Notes: a model not told the origin generated them from the letters alone. Positions 1-9,638 are shown, counted from the stretch's first letter. The stretch is 64,000 nt of DNA from Candidatus Oxydemutatoraceae bacterium (GCA_965220085.1 CBDCOZ010000003.1:896001-960000); one strand, 5' to 3'. A program made the numbers and translations.

Positions 1-425
1 GTAGGGCGCCAACCCGTCCATTCGCCGTTGCGCAGATGACGTTCTCCTTCGCCCGCGCGGCGCGCGATCATCATCATCAACGTCATCGCGATATCGGCGG
101 TGCAGTCGGTCAACACTTCGGGCGTATTCGTGACGACGAGCTCGGCCTTCTTAGCCGCGTCCAGATCGATGTGATTGAAGCCGACGCCGAAGTTGCCGAG
201 GAAGCGGCAACGCATGTTATCGATGCCGAGTGTTTCGGCATCTATCGGATCGGTCACAGTAGGGAGCACGCAATCCGCTTCCCGCAACGCGGCTTGCAAT
301 TCCTCCTTTGTCATAGGGCGGTCGGCCGTATTTAAAGACACATCGCCGCACATCTCCCGCAGTTCTTTTTCCACCGTCTCCGGCCACTTGCGCGTGACGA
401 TGATGCGTTGTTCGTTTTTGCTCAT
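1..425 (-). CDS. D-isomer-specific 2-hydroxyacid dehydrogenase (glyoxylate/hydroxypyruvate reductase, D-glycerate dehydrogenase), 5' part; runs off window
   Basis: Read manually (not in ORF track): ATG at 425, MSKNEQRIIVTRKWPETVEKEL...GNFGVGFNHIDLDAAKKAELVVTNTPEVLTDCTADIAM...ARRAGEGER; typical GhrB/GyaR-family N-terminal half. Confidence 0.88.
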   Translation of the reverse strand, partial: MSKNEQRIIVTRKWPETVEKELREMCGDVSLNTADRPMTKEELQAALREADCVLPTVTDPIDAETLGIDNMRCRFLGNFGVGFNHIDLDAAKKAELVVTNTPEVLTDCTADIAMTLMMMIARRAGEGERHLRNGEWTGWRP

Positions 426-447
426 AAGATATATCCCCGTTTTGATT

Positions 448-1335
448 TTATAGTTTTCCAAGCGCTTGCGCCATCGTTGAGCCGAGCTCCGATGGCGTCG
501 CGGCTATCGTCACACCGGCATCCTTGAGTATTTCCGCTTTCTCGGCGGCGCTTTCGCCTTTGCCGCTGACAATCGCTCCGGCGTGTCCCATACGGCGTCC
601 TTTGGGCGCCGTTAATCCGGCGATATAACTGACCACCGGTTTTTCCATATGTTGCTTTATGAACTCGGCCGCTTCGGCTTCTTGAGGGCCTCCGATCTCG
701 CCGATCATCATCACCGCTTTGGTTTCGGAATCGCCTTCAAATAACTCGAGTATATCGCGGTGGGAGCTGCCGTTAATCGGGTCTCCGCCGATGCCGACGC
801 TGGTTGTAATACCGATGCCGGCGTCTTTCATCTGCGATGCCGCTTCGTAGCCGAGTGTCCCCGATCGGGCGACTACCCCGACATCGCCGGGCATATAGAT
901 GTGCCCCGGCATAATCCCGAGCATCGCCTTGCCGGGGCTGATTGTGCCGGCGCAGTTCGGCCCGGTCAATACCATCTTATTCTCCCGCTTATAGCGCCGC
1001 ATAAAGCGTTTCACACGCATCATATCGAGCGCCGGAATGCCGTCGGTGATAGAAACACAATAAGAAATCCCGGCATCGGCGGCTTCCATAATGGAGTCGC
1101 CCGCGGCGGGCGGCGGGACGAAGACGATGCTCGCCTCCGCGCCGGTGCGCTCAATGGCTTCCTTGACGGTATTAAATACCGGCTTGCCAAGATGCGTCAT
1201 GCCGCCTTTGCCCGGCGTGACGCCGCCGACGATATTGGTGCCATACTCTATCATCTCTTGCGCATGGAAAGTGCCGATGCGTCCGGTGAACCCTTGGACG
1301 ATAACTTTGGTTTTTTCGTTTAATAAAATTGCCAT
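448..1335 (-). CDS. mtkB: Malate--CoA ligase (malate thiokinase) alpha subunit, SucD family
   Basis: SucD-fold motifs (GGVTPGKGG, GPNCAG, GEIGG, RMGHAGA with phospho-His); DMMRVKRFMRRY segment and neighbourhood with mcl/sga favour MtkB over SucD. Confidence 0.85.
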   Translation of the reverse strand: MAILLNEKTKVIVQGFTGRIGTFHAQEMIEYGTNIVGGVTPGKGGMTHLGKPVFNTVKEAIERTGAEASIVFVPPPAAGDSIMEAADAGISYCVSITDGIPALDMMRVKRFMRRYKRENKMVLTGPNCAGTISPGKAMLGIMPGHIYMPGDVGVVARSGTLGYEAASQMKDAGIGITTSVGIGGDPINGSSHRDILELFEGDSETKAVMMIGEIGGPQEAEAAEFIKQHMEKPVVSYIAGLTAPKGRRMGHAGAIVSGKGESAAEKAEILKDAGVTIAATPSELGSTMAQALGKL

Positions 1336-1362
1336 AATGTCTGCCTGTCTGCTTGCTTGGGT

Positions 1363-2529
1363 TTATTTCTGTGCTAAGGCGACCACCTGTTCGGCGGCCT
1401 CGCCGAGGGTGTTTGCCGAGACGATGGGCAGGTCGCTTTCTTCAAGCATCTTGCGGCCTTCTTCCACATTGGTGCCGGAGAGCCTGACGACCAGCGGCAC
1501 TTTCAAGTCCAGCGAGCGCACCGCTTTGATCACCCCTTCGGCAATCCAGTCGCAGCGGTTGATGCCCGCATAGATATTCACCAGCATCGCCTTCACGTTG
1601 CTGTCTTCCAGCACGAGCTCAAACGCTTTTGCCACCCTTTCGGGCGATGCGCCGCCGCCGATATCCAGGAAGTTAGCCGGATCGCCGCCGGCGTGTTTGA
1701 TCATGTCCATCGTCGCCATCGCCAGTCCGGCGCCGTTGATCATGCAACCGATATTTCCGTCCAAGCCGACATAACTCAGGTCGTGATCGGAGGCCCGTGT
1801 CTCGCGCGGGTCTTCTTGCGACTTGTCGCGCATTTCGGCGATGTTCGGATGCTTATACAATGCGTTGTCATCGACTTGAATTTTCCCGTCCAAAGCGATC
1901 AGCGCATCTTCTTGTTTGGTAATCACAAGCGGATTGATCTCAACCAGACTGGCGTCCGAGTCAATCAATACCCGATAGCAACCGATAAAGGCGCGCATCG
2001 CATCTTTGATCAGATGGTTTGGGATATTGAGCCGGAAGGCCAACTCGCGCGCCTGAAAATCTTGCAGTTCAACCGCCGGGTCAATCGGTATGCGGATGAC
2101 GGACTCGGGGCAGGTTGCCGCAACTTCTTCAATCGCCATGCCGCCCTCGGAAGATGCGACGACCGTGATCTGCTCGCTGGCCCGATCCAGCACCATCGCA
2201 AGATATATCTCGCGCCCGATGTCGGTGCCGGCCTCTACATATACTTTCTCAACGATCTTGCCTTGCGGGCCGGTTTGAACCGTGACCAGTCTGGTTCCGA
2301 TCAACTCATTGGTCGCTTTTGCGATTTCTTCTTCGTTGGCGCACACCTTGACCCCTCCGGCTTTGCCTCTCGCGCCGGAGTGTACCTGCGCTTTGACAAC
2401 GCAGGTCGGGGTGCCGATTTCGTTGTAATAACGAACCGCTTGGTCGGGGCTGTACGCGAGCTTGCCGGGGCTGATATTGATGCCGTAGTTGCTCAGTATC
2501 TCTTTGGCCTGATACTCATGAATATCCAT
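1363..2529 (-). CDS. mtkA: Malate--CoA ligase beta subunit, SucC family
   Basis: Start trimmed to MDIHEYQAK (ATG 2529, GGAG upstream); KAQVHSGARGKAGGV, NGAGLAMATMD, GINRCDWIAEG (MtkA-like rather than SucC GIVRCD). Confidence 0.85.
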   Translation of the reverse strand: MDIHEYQAKEILSNYGINISPGKLAYSPDQAVRYYNEIGTPTCVVKAQVHSGARGKAGGVKVCANEEEIAKATNELIGTRLVTVQTGPQGKIVEKVYVEAGTDIGREIYLAMVLDRASEQITVVASSEGGMAIEEVAATCPESVIRIPIDPAVELQDFQARELAFRLNIPNHLIKDAMRAFIGCYRVLIDSDASLVEINPLVITKQEDALIALDGKIQVDDNALYKHPNIAEMRDKSQEDPRETRASDHDLSYVGLDGNIGCMINGAGLAMATMDMIKHAGGDPANFLDIGGGASPERVAKAFELVLEDSNVKAMLVNIYAGINRCDWIAEGVIKAVRSLDLKVPLVVRLSGTNVEEGRKMLEESDLPIVSANTLGEAAEQVVALAQK

Positions 2530-2551
2530 CTGTCTCCCTCCGTAACAGTGT

Positions 2552-3502
2552 TCAGGACTTCTTGCGCGCGTCGATCGCCTCGGCGATACGGACGATGTTT
2601 TGTGCCATCCTGGCCGATGCGGCATCGATCATCTTGCCATCCAAAGACGCGGCGCCGCGATTTTCACGCGCCGCCTTATCCAACTCCGCAAGAATCCGCT
2701 TGGCTTTTGCGGTTTCCTCGGCTGGCGGCGAAAACACCTCGTTTGCGAGCGCAATCTGCGCCGGATGAATCGCCCATTTCCCCTCGATGCCGAGCGTGGC
2801 CGCGCGCTTCGCCGAAAGCGTATATCCTTCCGCGTCCCTGAAATCGCCGAACGGCCCGTCGATCGGGCGCAAACCATAGGCGCGACAGGCGACTGTCATG
2901 CGTGTGAGCGCCGCATGCCACTGGTCGCCCGGATAATCCGGGTTCAAGCCGCCGATGCCGGTGGTACGGGCGCGATTGCTCGCGGCATAATCGGCGACCC
3001 CGAAGTGCAACGCTTCAAGGCGCGACTTTGAACACATCGCGATCTGTTCCGCGTTGGCCATGCCCAGCGCGGTTTCGATCAGCGCTTCAAGCCCGATGCG
3101 GTGTTTGATCTTGCAGGACTCCTCGATTTGCGCGACCATCACTTCCACCGCATAGATATCGGCGGGGACGCCGACTTTCGGAATCAAAATGGTATTGAGG
3201 TGCCGCCCCGCTTGTTCGACGACATCCACGACATCGCGATACATATAGTGGGTATCCAAGCCGTTGATGCGCACCGAAACGGTCTTGCCGGCGCCTTTCC
3301 AATCAAGGCTGTTCAGCGCTTCGATGATGTTTTTACGCGCTTGCAGTTTGTTATCCGGCGCGACGGCATCTTCAAGGTCAAGGAAAACGTAATCGGCATC
3401 GCAAACGAGCGCTTTCTCGATCATACTCGGGCTGGAGCCGGGCACGGCCAACTCGCTGCGCTGAAGGCGATGGGTCGCCGGTTCAAATTGTGTGTAACTC
3501 AT
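2552..3502 (-). CDS. mcl: Malyl-CoA lyase (CitE/HpcH family)
   Basis: RSELAVPGS, FLDLEDAVAP, LHFGVADYAAS, DGPFGDF, GKWAIHP, GKMIDAAS motifs; adjacent to mtkAB. Confidence 0.85.
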   Translation of the reverse strand: MSYTQFEPATHRLQRSELAVPGSSPSMIEKALVCDADYVFLDLEDAVAPDNKLQARKNIIEALNSLDWKGAGKTVSVRINGLDTHYMYRDVVDVVEQAGRHLNTILIPKVGVPADIYAVEVMVAQIEESCKIKHRIGLEALIETALGMANAEQIAMCSKSRLEALHFGVADYAASNRARTTGIGGLNPDYPGDQWHAALTRMTVACRAYGLRPIDGPFGDFRDAEGYTLSAKRAATLGIEGKWAIHPAQIALANEVFSPPAEETAKAKRILAELDKAARENRGAASLDGKMIDAASARMAQNIVRIAEAIDARKKS

Positions 3503-3519
3503 GTTCTTATGCCTGCCTG

Positions 3520-4776
3520 TTAACGACGAACGATAGCCGACTTTTTGCCGCTTGCTTTTTTCTTTGCCGCTTTCGGTTTCTCGGTCGTCAGTTTGATTTT
3601 CAGCGGCGCCGCGGTTTGCCGGAAGTGCTCGGCTGCCGCCCCGACGCCTTTGCCCATGGCAATCGGCACACCCGCATCGCGCAAAGCCATCTCAGTACCC
3701 GCCAATGCGGCCAGAATAGATGTCTCGTTGTGGTCGCCCAAGTGTCCGATTCTAAAGGCTTTGCCCGCCAGTACGGACAGGCCCGCGCCCAAGGAGATAT
3801 TGTAGCGATGGTAAGCGATGTTGATGACATCGCGCGCATCGCACCCCTTGGGCACATAGATCGCGCTGACGGTATCCGAGCAGAACTTCGGCGCCGCCGC
3901 AACCAGCTTCAACTTCCACGCTTTGACCGCGCAACGAACGCCCTCGGCCAAGCGATGATGGCGTTTGAATATATTTGCCAGACCTTCCTCTTCCAGAATA
4001 ATTTCCAGCGATCGCTTGAGACCGTACAAAAGCGGTATTGAAGGAGTGTAAGGGAAGAAGCCGTCGGCGTTGGCATTGATGTGGTCTTGTATGTCAAGGA
4101 AGCAACGGGCGCATTTTGCTCGCTGGCGCGCCCGCAGAGCCTTGGCGCTAAAACCCAACAACGCCATGCCCGCCGGCAACATAAAGCCTTTTTGCGATCC
4201 GCTGACGACAACATCGACCTTCCACGCATCCATATTGAAATCAATGCTGGCGACAGAGCTGACCCCGTCAACATAAAGCATCGCCGGATGCTTCGCCTGA
4301 TCCATCGCTTTGCGCAAGCCGGCGATGTCGCTGGTTACGCCGGTCGCGGTTTCATTGTGGCATACCACAACCCCTTTGATTTCATGCTTTTTGTCCTCCG
4401 CAAGCCGTTTCTTAAACTGCGCGACCGGCGCGCCCTCGCCCCACGGCACATCGATCGTTTCGACTTCAAGCCCGATGCGTGTCGCCAAGTCCCACCACAA
4501 GTGGCTGAACTGACCAAAGCGCGAGGTCAGGATTTTGTCGCCGGGCGACAGCGTGTTGGCAAGCGCGACTTCCCACCCGGCGGTGCCGGTTGCCGGAAAG
4601 ATAAACGACCGACCGCTTTTGGTCTTGAAAACCTTGTTTAAATTTTTGAACAAAGGCTTGGTCAGTTTATGGAAGTCGGGACGACGATGGTCCTCTTGAG
4701 GCACATTCATCGCGTTTTGGATGCTTGCCGGGACATTCGTCGGTCCCGGCACGAAAAGAAAGTTACGTCCTGGCAT
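3520..4776 (-). CDS. sga: Serine--glyoxylate aminotransferase (class V PLP)
   Basis: MPGRNFLFVPGPTNVP, HNETATGV, VDGVSS, SGSQKGFMLPAG (PLP Lys), FRIGHLG; Lys-rich C-terminal tail. Confidence 0.88.
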   Translation of the reverse strand: MPGRNFLFVPGPTNVPASIQNAMNVPQEDHRRPDFHKLTKPLFKNLNKVFKTKSGRSFIFPATGTAGWEVALANTLSPGDKILTSRFGQFSHLWWDLATRIGLEVETIDVPWGEGAPVAQFKKRLAEDKKHEIKGVVVCHNETATGVTSDIAGLRKAMDQAKHPAMLYVDGVSSVASIDFNMDAWKVDVVVSGSQKGFMLPAGMALLGFSAKALRARQRAKCARCFLDIQDHINANADGFFPYTPSIPLLYGLKRSLEIILEEEGLANIFKRHHRLAEGVRCAVKAWKLKLVAAAPKFCSDTVSAIYVPKGCDARDVINIAYHRYNISLGAGLSVLAGKAFRIGHLGDHNETSILAALAGTEMALRDAGVPIAMGKGVGAAAEHFRQTAAPLKIKLTTEKPKAAKKKASGKKSAIVRR

Positions 4777-4948
4777 AGTCTTTACCCTTAATAAAATTGT
4801 TGATTGTTAAATACGTATTTTGTTCTTGCTATGAAGCGCAAATCGGGTCTGATTTGCAACAAGCGCCATATTATACCCGTTTGCTCCCGTTGCGCCAAAG
4901 TATGTGTTTTGGCGGCAACCGACCCGCAAAGGGAGCGTGTGGCGGGCG

Positions 4949-6223
4949 TTATCGCAACGGGCCTTCCAGGAAGAGGCGCAGCCGCAAGCGCAAGCTGCTG
5001 GGCACAACACGGGCGGCGGCGGAGCAGAGCATCTCGCTGACCGGCATCGCGTGGCTGTCCATGAAACTTACGCAGACCCTTATGTATTGTCCCACCTGTG
5101 CCCGGCCGGGGGTGAATATGGATACGTTGGTGGTGGCGGTGGCGCCGGGGATGGCGGAGTAGTCGCCGTCCTTTGGCGCGCCGGAAGCCGGGGCGGCGGC
5201 CTGTTGCCATTGCCACCTCAGGGTAGTTCGGTCTATGCCGTTGGGTTCGGTTATGCCTGCTGTGACGGTAGACAGCCGGGTTCCCTCGGCGTAGGTCGGG
5301 TTCTGGTCGGTGATGGCCGGGGCTATGGAGGGGCCGCCAGTGGCAGCGACTTGGGCCTCTGCTACCAGACGAATGTTGATAGCCGCCGCCTGGGCGCTGG
5401 TTTTGTTGTCGGTGCCATCGCTGCCATCGTCCACCACATGGAAGTTGAAAGAAGTATAAGTGTCGTCAGGGTCGTCAGGGTCGCTGGGATCCTGGCCCGG
5501 TACCGGGTAATAGGTCAGTTCACCAGCGGCCAGTTGGGCCACAGTTATTTCCATTGTGGGAGCATCGGCGGTAGTCAGGGGTGTGCCATCCAAGGCTATG
5601 GTGCCGCGGAATGGCACGGATTGCACGATGACAGCAGCCAGCATATCTCCATCGGCGGCATCGGTAAACGGAAAGTCGGTTGCCTTAAATATGTATGGAT
5701 TGGCGGCATTGGCGTTGACATTCACCGTGAGCGGATTTGTGAGCAAACTTACTGCCTCTGGCTTGTCATTGATGTTGGCCACAGCGGTGGCTATCTGCAG
5801 GCATCGCATCTCCGAGTTGGGGGTGGCGGCCATATCCATGAACGATGCGCAGACCTGCAGAAACTTGCCCACCTCATCATCGCCCGGAGTGAAAGCGGCA
5901 TTGGTCGCATCGGTGATGTCGGTGTAAGTACCGCCATTGGTGTCGGCCGCGCTCCACTGCCAACTGAAAGTGCCCAGGCCATCGGCATCGTCTATGGCGG
6001 TGTTCCCGCTGCCGCCGTTGGCGGTGATGACGGAGTCTTCAGTGGGAACGTTTATGCCGCTGGCGTAGGTAACCCCCGGCATGCCGGTGGCATTGCTCTG
6101 CGCTTGAGCCTGAGCGGATACGATGAAAAGCGCGAGCAACAAGAGCGACCGGAGGCCGCACCCGCTTAACTCAATGCGGAGGGGGGGGGGGGGGGGGGGG
6201 GGGGGGAACTTAGGCACGAACAT
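4949..6223 (-). CDS. Secreted Ig/cadherin-like repeat protein 1 with C-terminal LRLRLRLFLEGPLR tag
   Basis: ATG 6223, poly-Pro from a C26 tract, signal peptide ending AQAQAQ; repeats WQW...FTPG..VG.(F/Y).(Q/R)VC.SF.D and NPY.F...DFPF.D.DGD.L; ends LRLRLRLFLEGPLR. Confidence 0.8.
   Translation of the reverse strand: MFVPKFPPPPPPPPLRIELSGCGLRSLLLLALFIVSAQAQAQSNATGMPGVTYASGINVPTEDSVITANGGSGNTAIDDADGLGTFSWQWSAADTNGGTYTDITDATNAAFTPGDDEVGKFLQVCASFMDMAATPNSEMRCLQIATAVANINDKPEAVSLLTNPLTVNVNANAANPYIFKATDFPFTDAADGDMLAAVIVQSVPFRGTIALDGTPLTTADAPTMEITVAQLAAGELTYYPVPGQDPSDPDDPDDTYTSFNFHVVDDGSDGTDNKTSAQAAAINIRLVAEAQVAATGGPSIAPAITDQNPTYAEGTRLSTVTAGITEPNGIDRTTLRWQWQQAAAPASGAPKDGDYSAIPGATATTNVSIFTPGRAQVGQYIRVCVSFMDSHAMPVSEMLCSAAARVVPSSLRLRLRLFLEGPLR
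6181..6206 (-). repeat. Homopolymer G26 (C26 on coding strand) in the 5' coding region of tagged protein 1
   Basis: 26 consecutive G read directly; encodes F-P8-L in frame. Confidence 0.9.
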
Positions 6224-6269
6224 TATCAAATACTCTCATGAAGCGCATTATCAAGTGCGGGTTTTATGA

Positions 6270-7244
6270 TCACTTCTCGGCGGCGGGCATTGCCAGACAT
6301 TTGCGCACCGACTGTTCGACTTTCAAGGTGGGCTGCCAGCCGAGCATGCGTTGCGCTTTGCCGACATCGGGGATGCGCACCCGCACATCGTCGTCGTACG
6401 ATTTGGTCGTCGCAAATTGCAACGGCGGCGTGTTGTCGGGAAGCAGTTTGAGGTCTATGGCGGTCTCGTGAATCAGGTTTGCCAATTGTTTCATGCTGAT
6501 CGGTTGCGGGTTGCCGAGGTTAAATGTGCCGTTTTGCGCCGTTTCGGCAAACGAGTGTTGCGCGATTCCCCGCGCCACATCGCCGATCCATGTGAAGCAA
6601 CGAATTTGTTCGCCGTCTCCGATCAGCGGCAGCGTCGGCTGCTTGTCCGTGACGATGGCCTTGATGAAGTCGGCGAACACATGGCTGATGCCTTGCTCGT
6701 CTTCGCCTTTTTCATGCGGCGTGATGATATTGAACGGACGCCAGATGTAATATTTCATGTCGTATTGTTTGGCAAACGCGCGCGCCAAGCGTTCGCCGGT
6801 GAGTTTGCTCAAGCCGTATTCGGTCGCCGGAATTAACGACTCATCGGCATCTTCCTCCTTGCTGGGATGGGTTTGGCAACGCTCATAAACCATGGAAGAA
6901 CTGATATATGCGATGTGCCGGACTTGCTTGCGATGCATTGCCCACAGTATGTTTTGCATCAGGGTGATATCTTTGGCCAAGATGTCCGCCGGATATTTGT
7001 GGAACCCTCCGACGCCATAAATGAGCGCGGCGGCTTGCACTACGCCGTCGACATCACACATCAATTCGTCGCAAAACCCGGCGTCGGTCAAATCGCCGCA
7101 AATGAATTCGTAGTCGCGCGCGCGATCAATTTTTCCGTAGCGGGCAAAATTATCGACGCCCTTGATGTCGTGGCCTTGTTGTTGCAGCAACGGTATCACC
7201 CATTGCATCAGGGACCCTTCGCTGCCCGTAACCAGTAGCTTCAT
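6270..7244 (-). CDS. NAD-dependent nucleotide-sugar epimerase/dehydratase (extended SDR)
   Basis: VTGSEGSL Rossmann start, SSSMVY, YGLSK catalytic motif, RPFN, GDGEQIRCFTW. Confidence 0.88.
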   Translation of the reverse strand: MKLLVTGSEGSLMQWVIPLLQQQGHDIKGVDNFARYGKIDRARDYEFICGDLTDAGFCDELMCDVDGVVQAAALIYGVGGFHKYPADILAKDITLMQNILWAMHRKQVRHIAYISSSMVYERCQTHPSKEEDADESLIPATEYGLSKLTGERLARAFAKQYDMKYYIWRPFNIITPHEKGEDEQGISHVFADFIKAIVTDKQPTLPLIGDGEQIRCFTWIGDVARGIAQHSFAETAQNGTFNLGNPQPISMKQLANLIHETAIDLKLLPDNTPPLQFATTKSYDDDVRVRIPDVGKAQRMLGWQPTLKVEQSVRKCLAMPAAEK

Positions 7245-7280
7245 CGTTTTCCTCCGTGTTGTGAGAACATAGGCGCAAGC

Positions 7281-8075
7281 TCAGACCGTTGTCTCATAGC
7301 GGTCGTTGTCTTCCAGAATCGCCTTGAACAGTCGCGCATCAAGGCCCAGCCTTTCGCACAGCTTTGCCAGAGCGACGGTATCTTTGGGCAGGCAGGCGCC
7401 GCCGAATCCGCGCAGGTTCTCGTTGCAATCCAGATATTTGTCAAAGATGTGGTTGCGCCGCACCATCGCGTCTTTGATAACGGAGTAGTTGATATCAAGT
7501 TGCCGGCAGATCTCATAGAAATTATTGGCAAAGGTAATTAACATCGCGTTGTATGCATTGTTGAAGTATTTCGCCAGTTCCGCTTCGGTCGGGCTCATGC
7601 GGCAAAACGCATGCGGGAAATGTCCGTGCGATGCCTTGATCAATTCATAGTCTTCGTCGGAGTCGGTGCCGATGATGCAGAGGTCGTGATTGTCGGTGAA
7701 ATCGGCGATGGCGACGCGCTCGCGCAAGAACTCGGGCACATGGGCGATACGGGCTTGCGGGTATCGTTTTTGCAACTTGGCAACCGTGCCGGGTTCGATC
7801 GTAGACTTGATCACGATAACGCCCGGATAGTCGCGCTGGACCAAATCAGCGACAACGCTCTCGGTGATAGCGGTATCACAGGAGTTGTCGGCGGCGGGCG
7901 GAGTCGGCACGCATAAATATGCCAACTGTGTGTCCAGCACATCGTCTATCGTTGTGTCCAGCGCAATATCGTGCGCCTTGACGGTGTGCCCCAGCTTGCT
8001 CAGTCCGTGGCGCACTGCGCCGCCGACCACCCCGATGCCAATGATGCCGACCCGCATCGTTTGTTGTTGTTTCAT
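7281..8075 (-). CDS. UDP-glucose/GDP-mannose dehydrogenase family protein (short form, no C-terminal domain)
   Basis: GIGVVG, CVPTP, KSTIEPGT, PEFLRE, AELAKYFNN, GFGGACLPKD (catalytic Cys). Confidence 0.85.
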   Translation of the reverse strand: MKQQQTMRVGIIGIGVVGGAVRHGLSKLGHTVKAHDIALDTTIDDVLDTQLAYLCVPTPPAADNSCDTAITESVVADLVQRDYPGVIVIKSTIEPGTVAKLQKRYPQARIAHVPEFLRERVAIADFTDNHDLCIIGTDSDEDYELIKASHGHFPHAFCRMSPTEAELAKYFNNAYNAMLITFANNFYEICRQLDINYSVIKDAMVRRNHIFDKYLDCNENLRGFGGACLPKDTVALAKLCERLGLDARLFKAILEDNDRYETTV

Positions 8076-8200
8076 TGCCAATGCCTTTGGAGAATTAAGA
8101 TGTTCATGCGTAAGTATACCCTAGAATTCCCTAGGATTCGGATTCCAAGCAAAGAGCGACAGAACCCGGCAGCGGAAAGCGGAGCATTTTGAACGATGCT

Positions 8201-8719
8201 TTAGCGCGTATCGGCGGGGCAACCGCGGGCCAACTCAAGCAAGCCGACGATCGCTTGGTACTCGGCTTGGCTGCGCACCGCCTCTCTGTCGCCGCCGAAG
8301 CGAAACACCTCGGCAGCGACGGGCTTGCCGGCGATTGCCCACGCCAGCCAGACGGTGCCGACAGGCTTGTCGCTGCTGCCGCCGTCGGGGCCTGCGATAC
8401 CGCTGACAGCCACGCCGAGATCGGCGCCGGTTGCGGTCAGCACGCCTGTGACCATCTGTTTGACGACTGGCTCGCTGACAGCGCCGAACTCTTGCAAAGA
8501 GCGCTCGCTGACGCCCAGCAGTTCGTGTTTGATACGATTGGAGTATGAAATGACGCCGCCGACATACCACCGCGAGGAGCCGGCAACGCTGCTCAGCAAG
8601 CGTCCTATGCCGCCGCCGGTGCAAGATTCGGCGCTGGCAATACGCAACGATTTCCCTTCGGCCTCGTCGGCCAAAGAGCGAATAGCGGCTAATATCTCCG
8701 CAGTTTTCGGGTTCATCAT
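8201..8719 (-). CDS. pncC: Nicotinamide-nucleotide amidohydrolase (CinA C-terminal/PncC)
   Basis: AESCTGG, YSNRIK, GAVSE, SGIAGPDGG, KPVGTVW; start moved to ATG 8719 after GGGAGG. Confidence 0.88.
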   Translation of the reverse strand: MMNPKTAEILAAIRSLADEAEGKSLRIASAESCTGGGIGRLLSSVAGSSRWYVGGVISYSNRIKHELLGVSERSLQEFGAVSEPVVKQMVTGVLTATGADLGVAVSGIAGPDGGSSDKPVGTVWLAWAIAGKPVAAEVFRFGGDREAVRSQAEYQAIVGLLELARGCPADTR

Positions 8720-8822
8720 GTGCGCCTCCCTATGTGGCCTCCCGGTCATGATATTACGCCACACTTTGACCCCAAGGGCAAAGTGTTTATAATGTGCCCT
8801 CATTTTTGATGAGGGCTTCTAC

Positions 8823-9638
8823 ATGGTTGTAATACGACTAGCGTGCGGCGGTTCCCGTAAGCGTCCGTTCTATAACATCGTTGTCACCGACTCGCGGCGA
8901 CCGCGCGACAGCGGCTATCTTGAGCGCATCGGCTATTTTAATCCGCGCGCGACGGATGAGGAAACATATATTGAACTGAATCGCGAGAGGATGGATTACT
9001 GGGTCGGCCAAGGCGCCAAGATTTCCGATCGCGTCAGCACATTGAGCAAGCGAGCCGCCAAGCCGCGCGACGAACAAAAGCCGCAAAAGAGCGCGACAGT
9101 GCGCAAACCGAAACAAGCGACGCACGATGAAATAATCGATGTGGTCGCCAAGAAAGCGGTGGTGGCCGAGCAACAGAGCGCTGCCGCCGCAGACAAGTCC
9201 GCCGCGCCGAAGAACGTTGCCGGCGCAGACAAGCCCGCCGCGCCGAAGAGCGTTGCCGGCGAAGCCAAGCCCGCCGCGCCGAAGAGCGTTGCCGGCGAAG
9301 ACAAGCCCGCCGCGCCGAAGAGCGTTGCCGGCGAAGCCAAGCCCGCCGCGCCGAAGAGCGTTGCCGGCGAAGCCAAGCCCGCCGCGCCGAAGAGCGCTGC
9401 CGGCGCAGCCAAGCCCGCCGCACCGAAGAGCGTTGCCGGCGCAGACAAGCCCGCCGCGCCGAAGAGCGTTGCCGGCGAAGCCAAGCCCGCCGCGCCGAAG
9501 AGCGTTGCCGGCGAAGCCAAGCCCGCCGCGCCGAAGAGCGTTGCCGGCGCAGACAAGCCCGGCACAGCACAAGCCGATGATACGACCCCGGACAAGCAAG
9601 GCGCCGACGCTGCCGCCGCCGAGAAGTCAGACGCCTGA
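8823..9638 (+). CDS. rpsP: 30S ribosomal protein S16 with long repetitive C-terminal extension
   Basis: MVVIRLACGGSRKRPFYNIVVTDSRRPRD...ERIGYFNP...WVGQGAKISDRV; first gene of rpsP-rimM-trmD-rplS. Confidence 0.95.
   Translation: MVVIRLACGGSRKRPFYNIVVTDSRRPRDSGYLERIGYFNPRATDEETYIELNRERMDYWVGQGAKISDRVSTLSKRAAKPRDEQKPQKSATVRKPKQATHDEIIDVVAKKAVVAEQQSAAAADKSAAPKNVAGADKPAAPKSVAGEAKPAAPKSVAGEDKPAAPKSVAGEAKPAAPKSVAGEAKPAAPKSAAGAAKPAAPKSVAGADKPAAPKSVAGEAKPAAPKSVAGEAKPAAPKSVAGADKPGTAQADDTTPDKQGADAAAAEKSDA
9189..9560 (+). repeat. 36-bp coding tandem repeat, about 10 copies ((A/D)KPAAPKSVAG(E/A))
   Basis: GAC codon at 9192 recurs at 9228 and at 9552 (10 x 36 bp). Confidence 0.95.
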
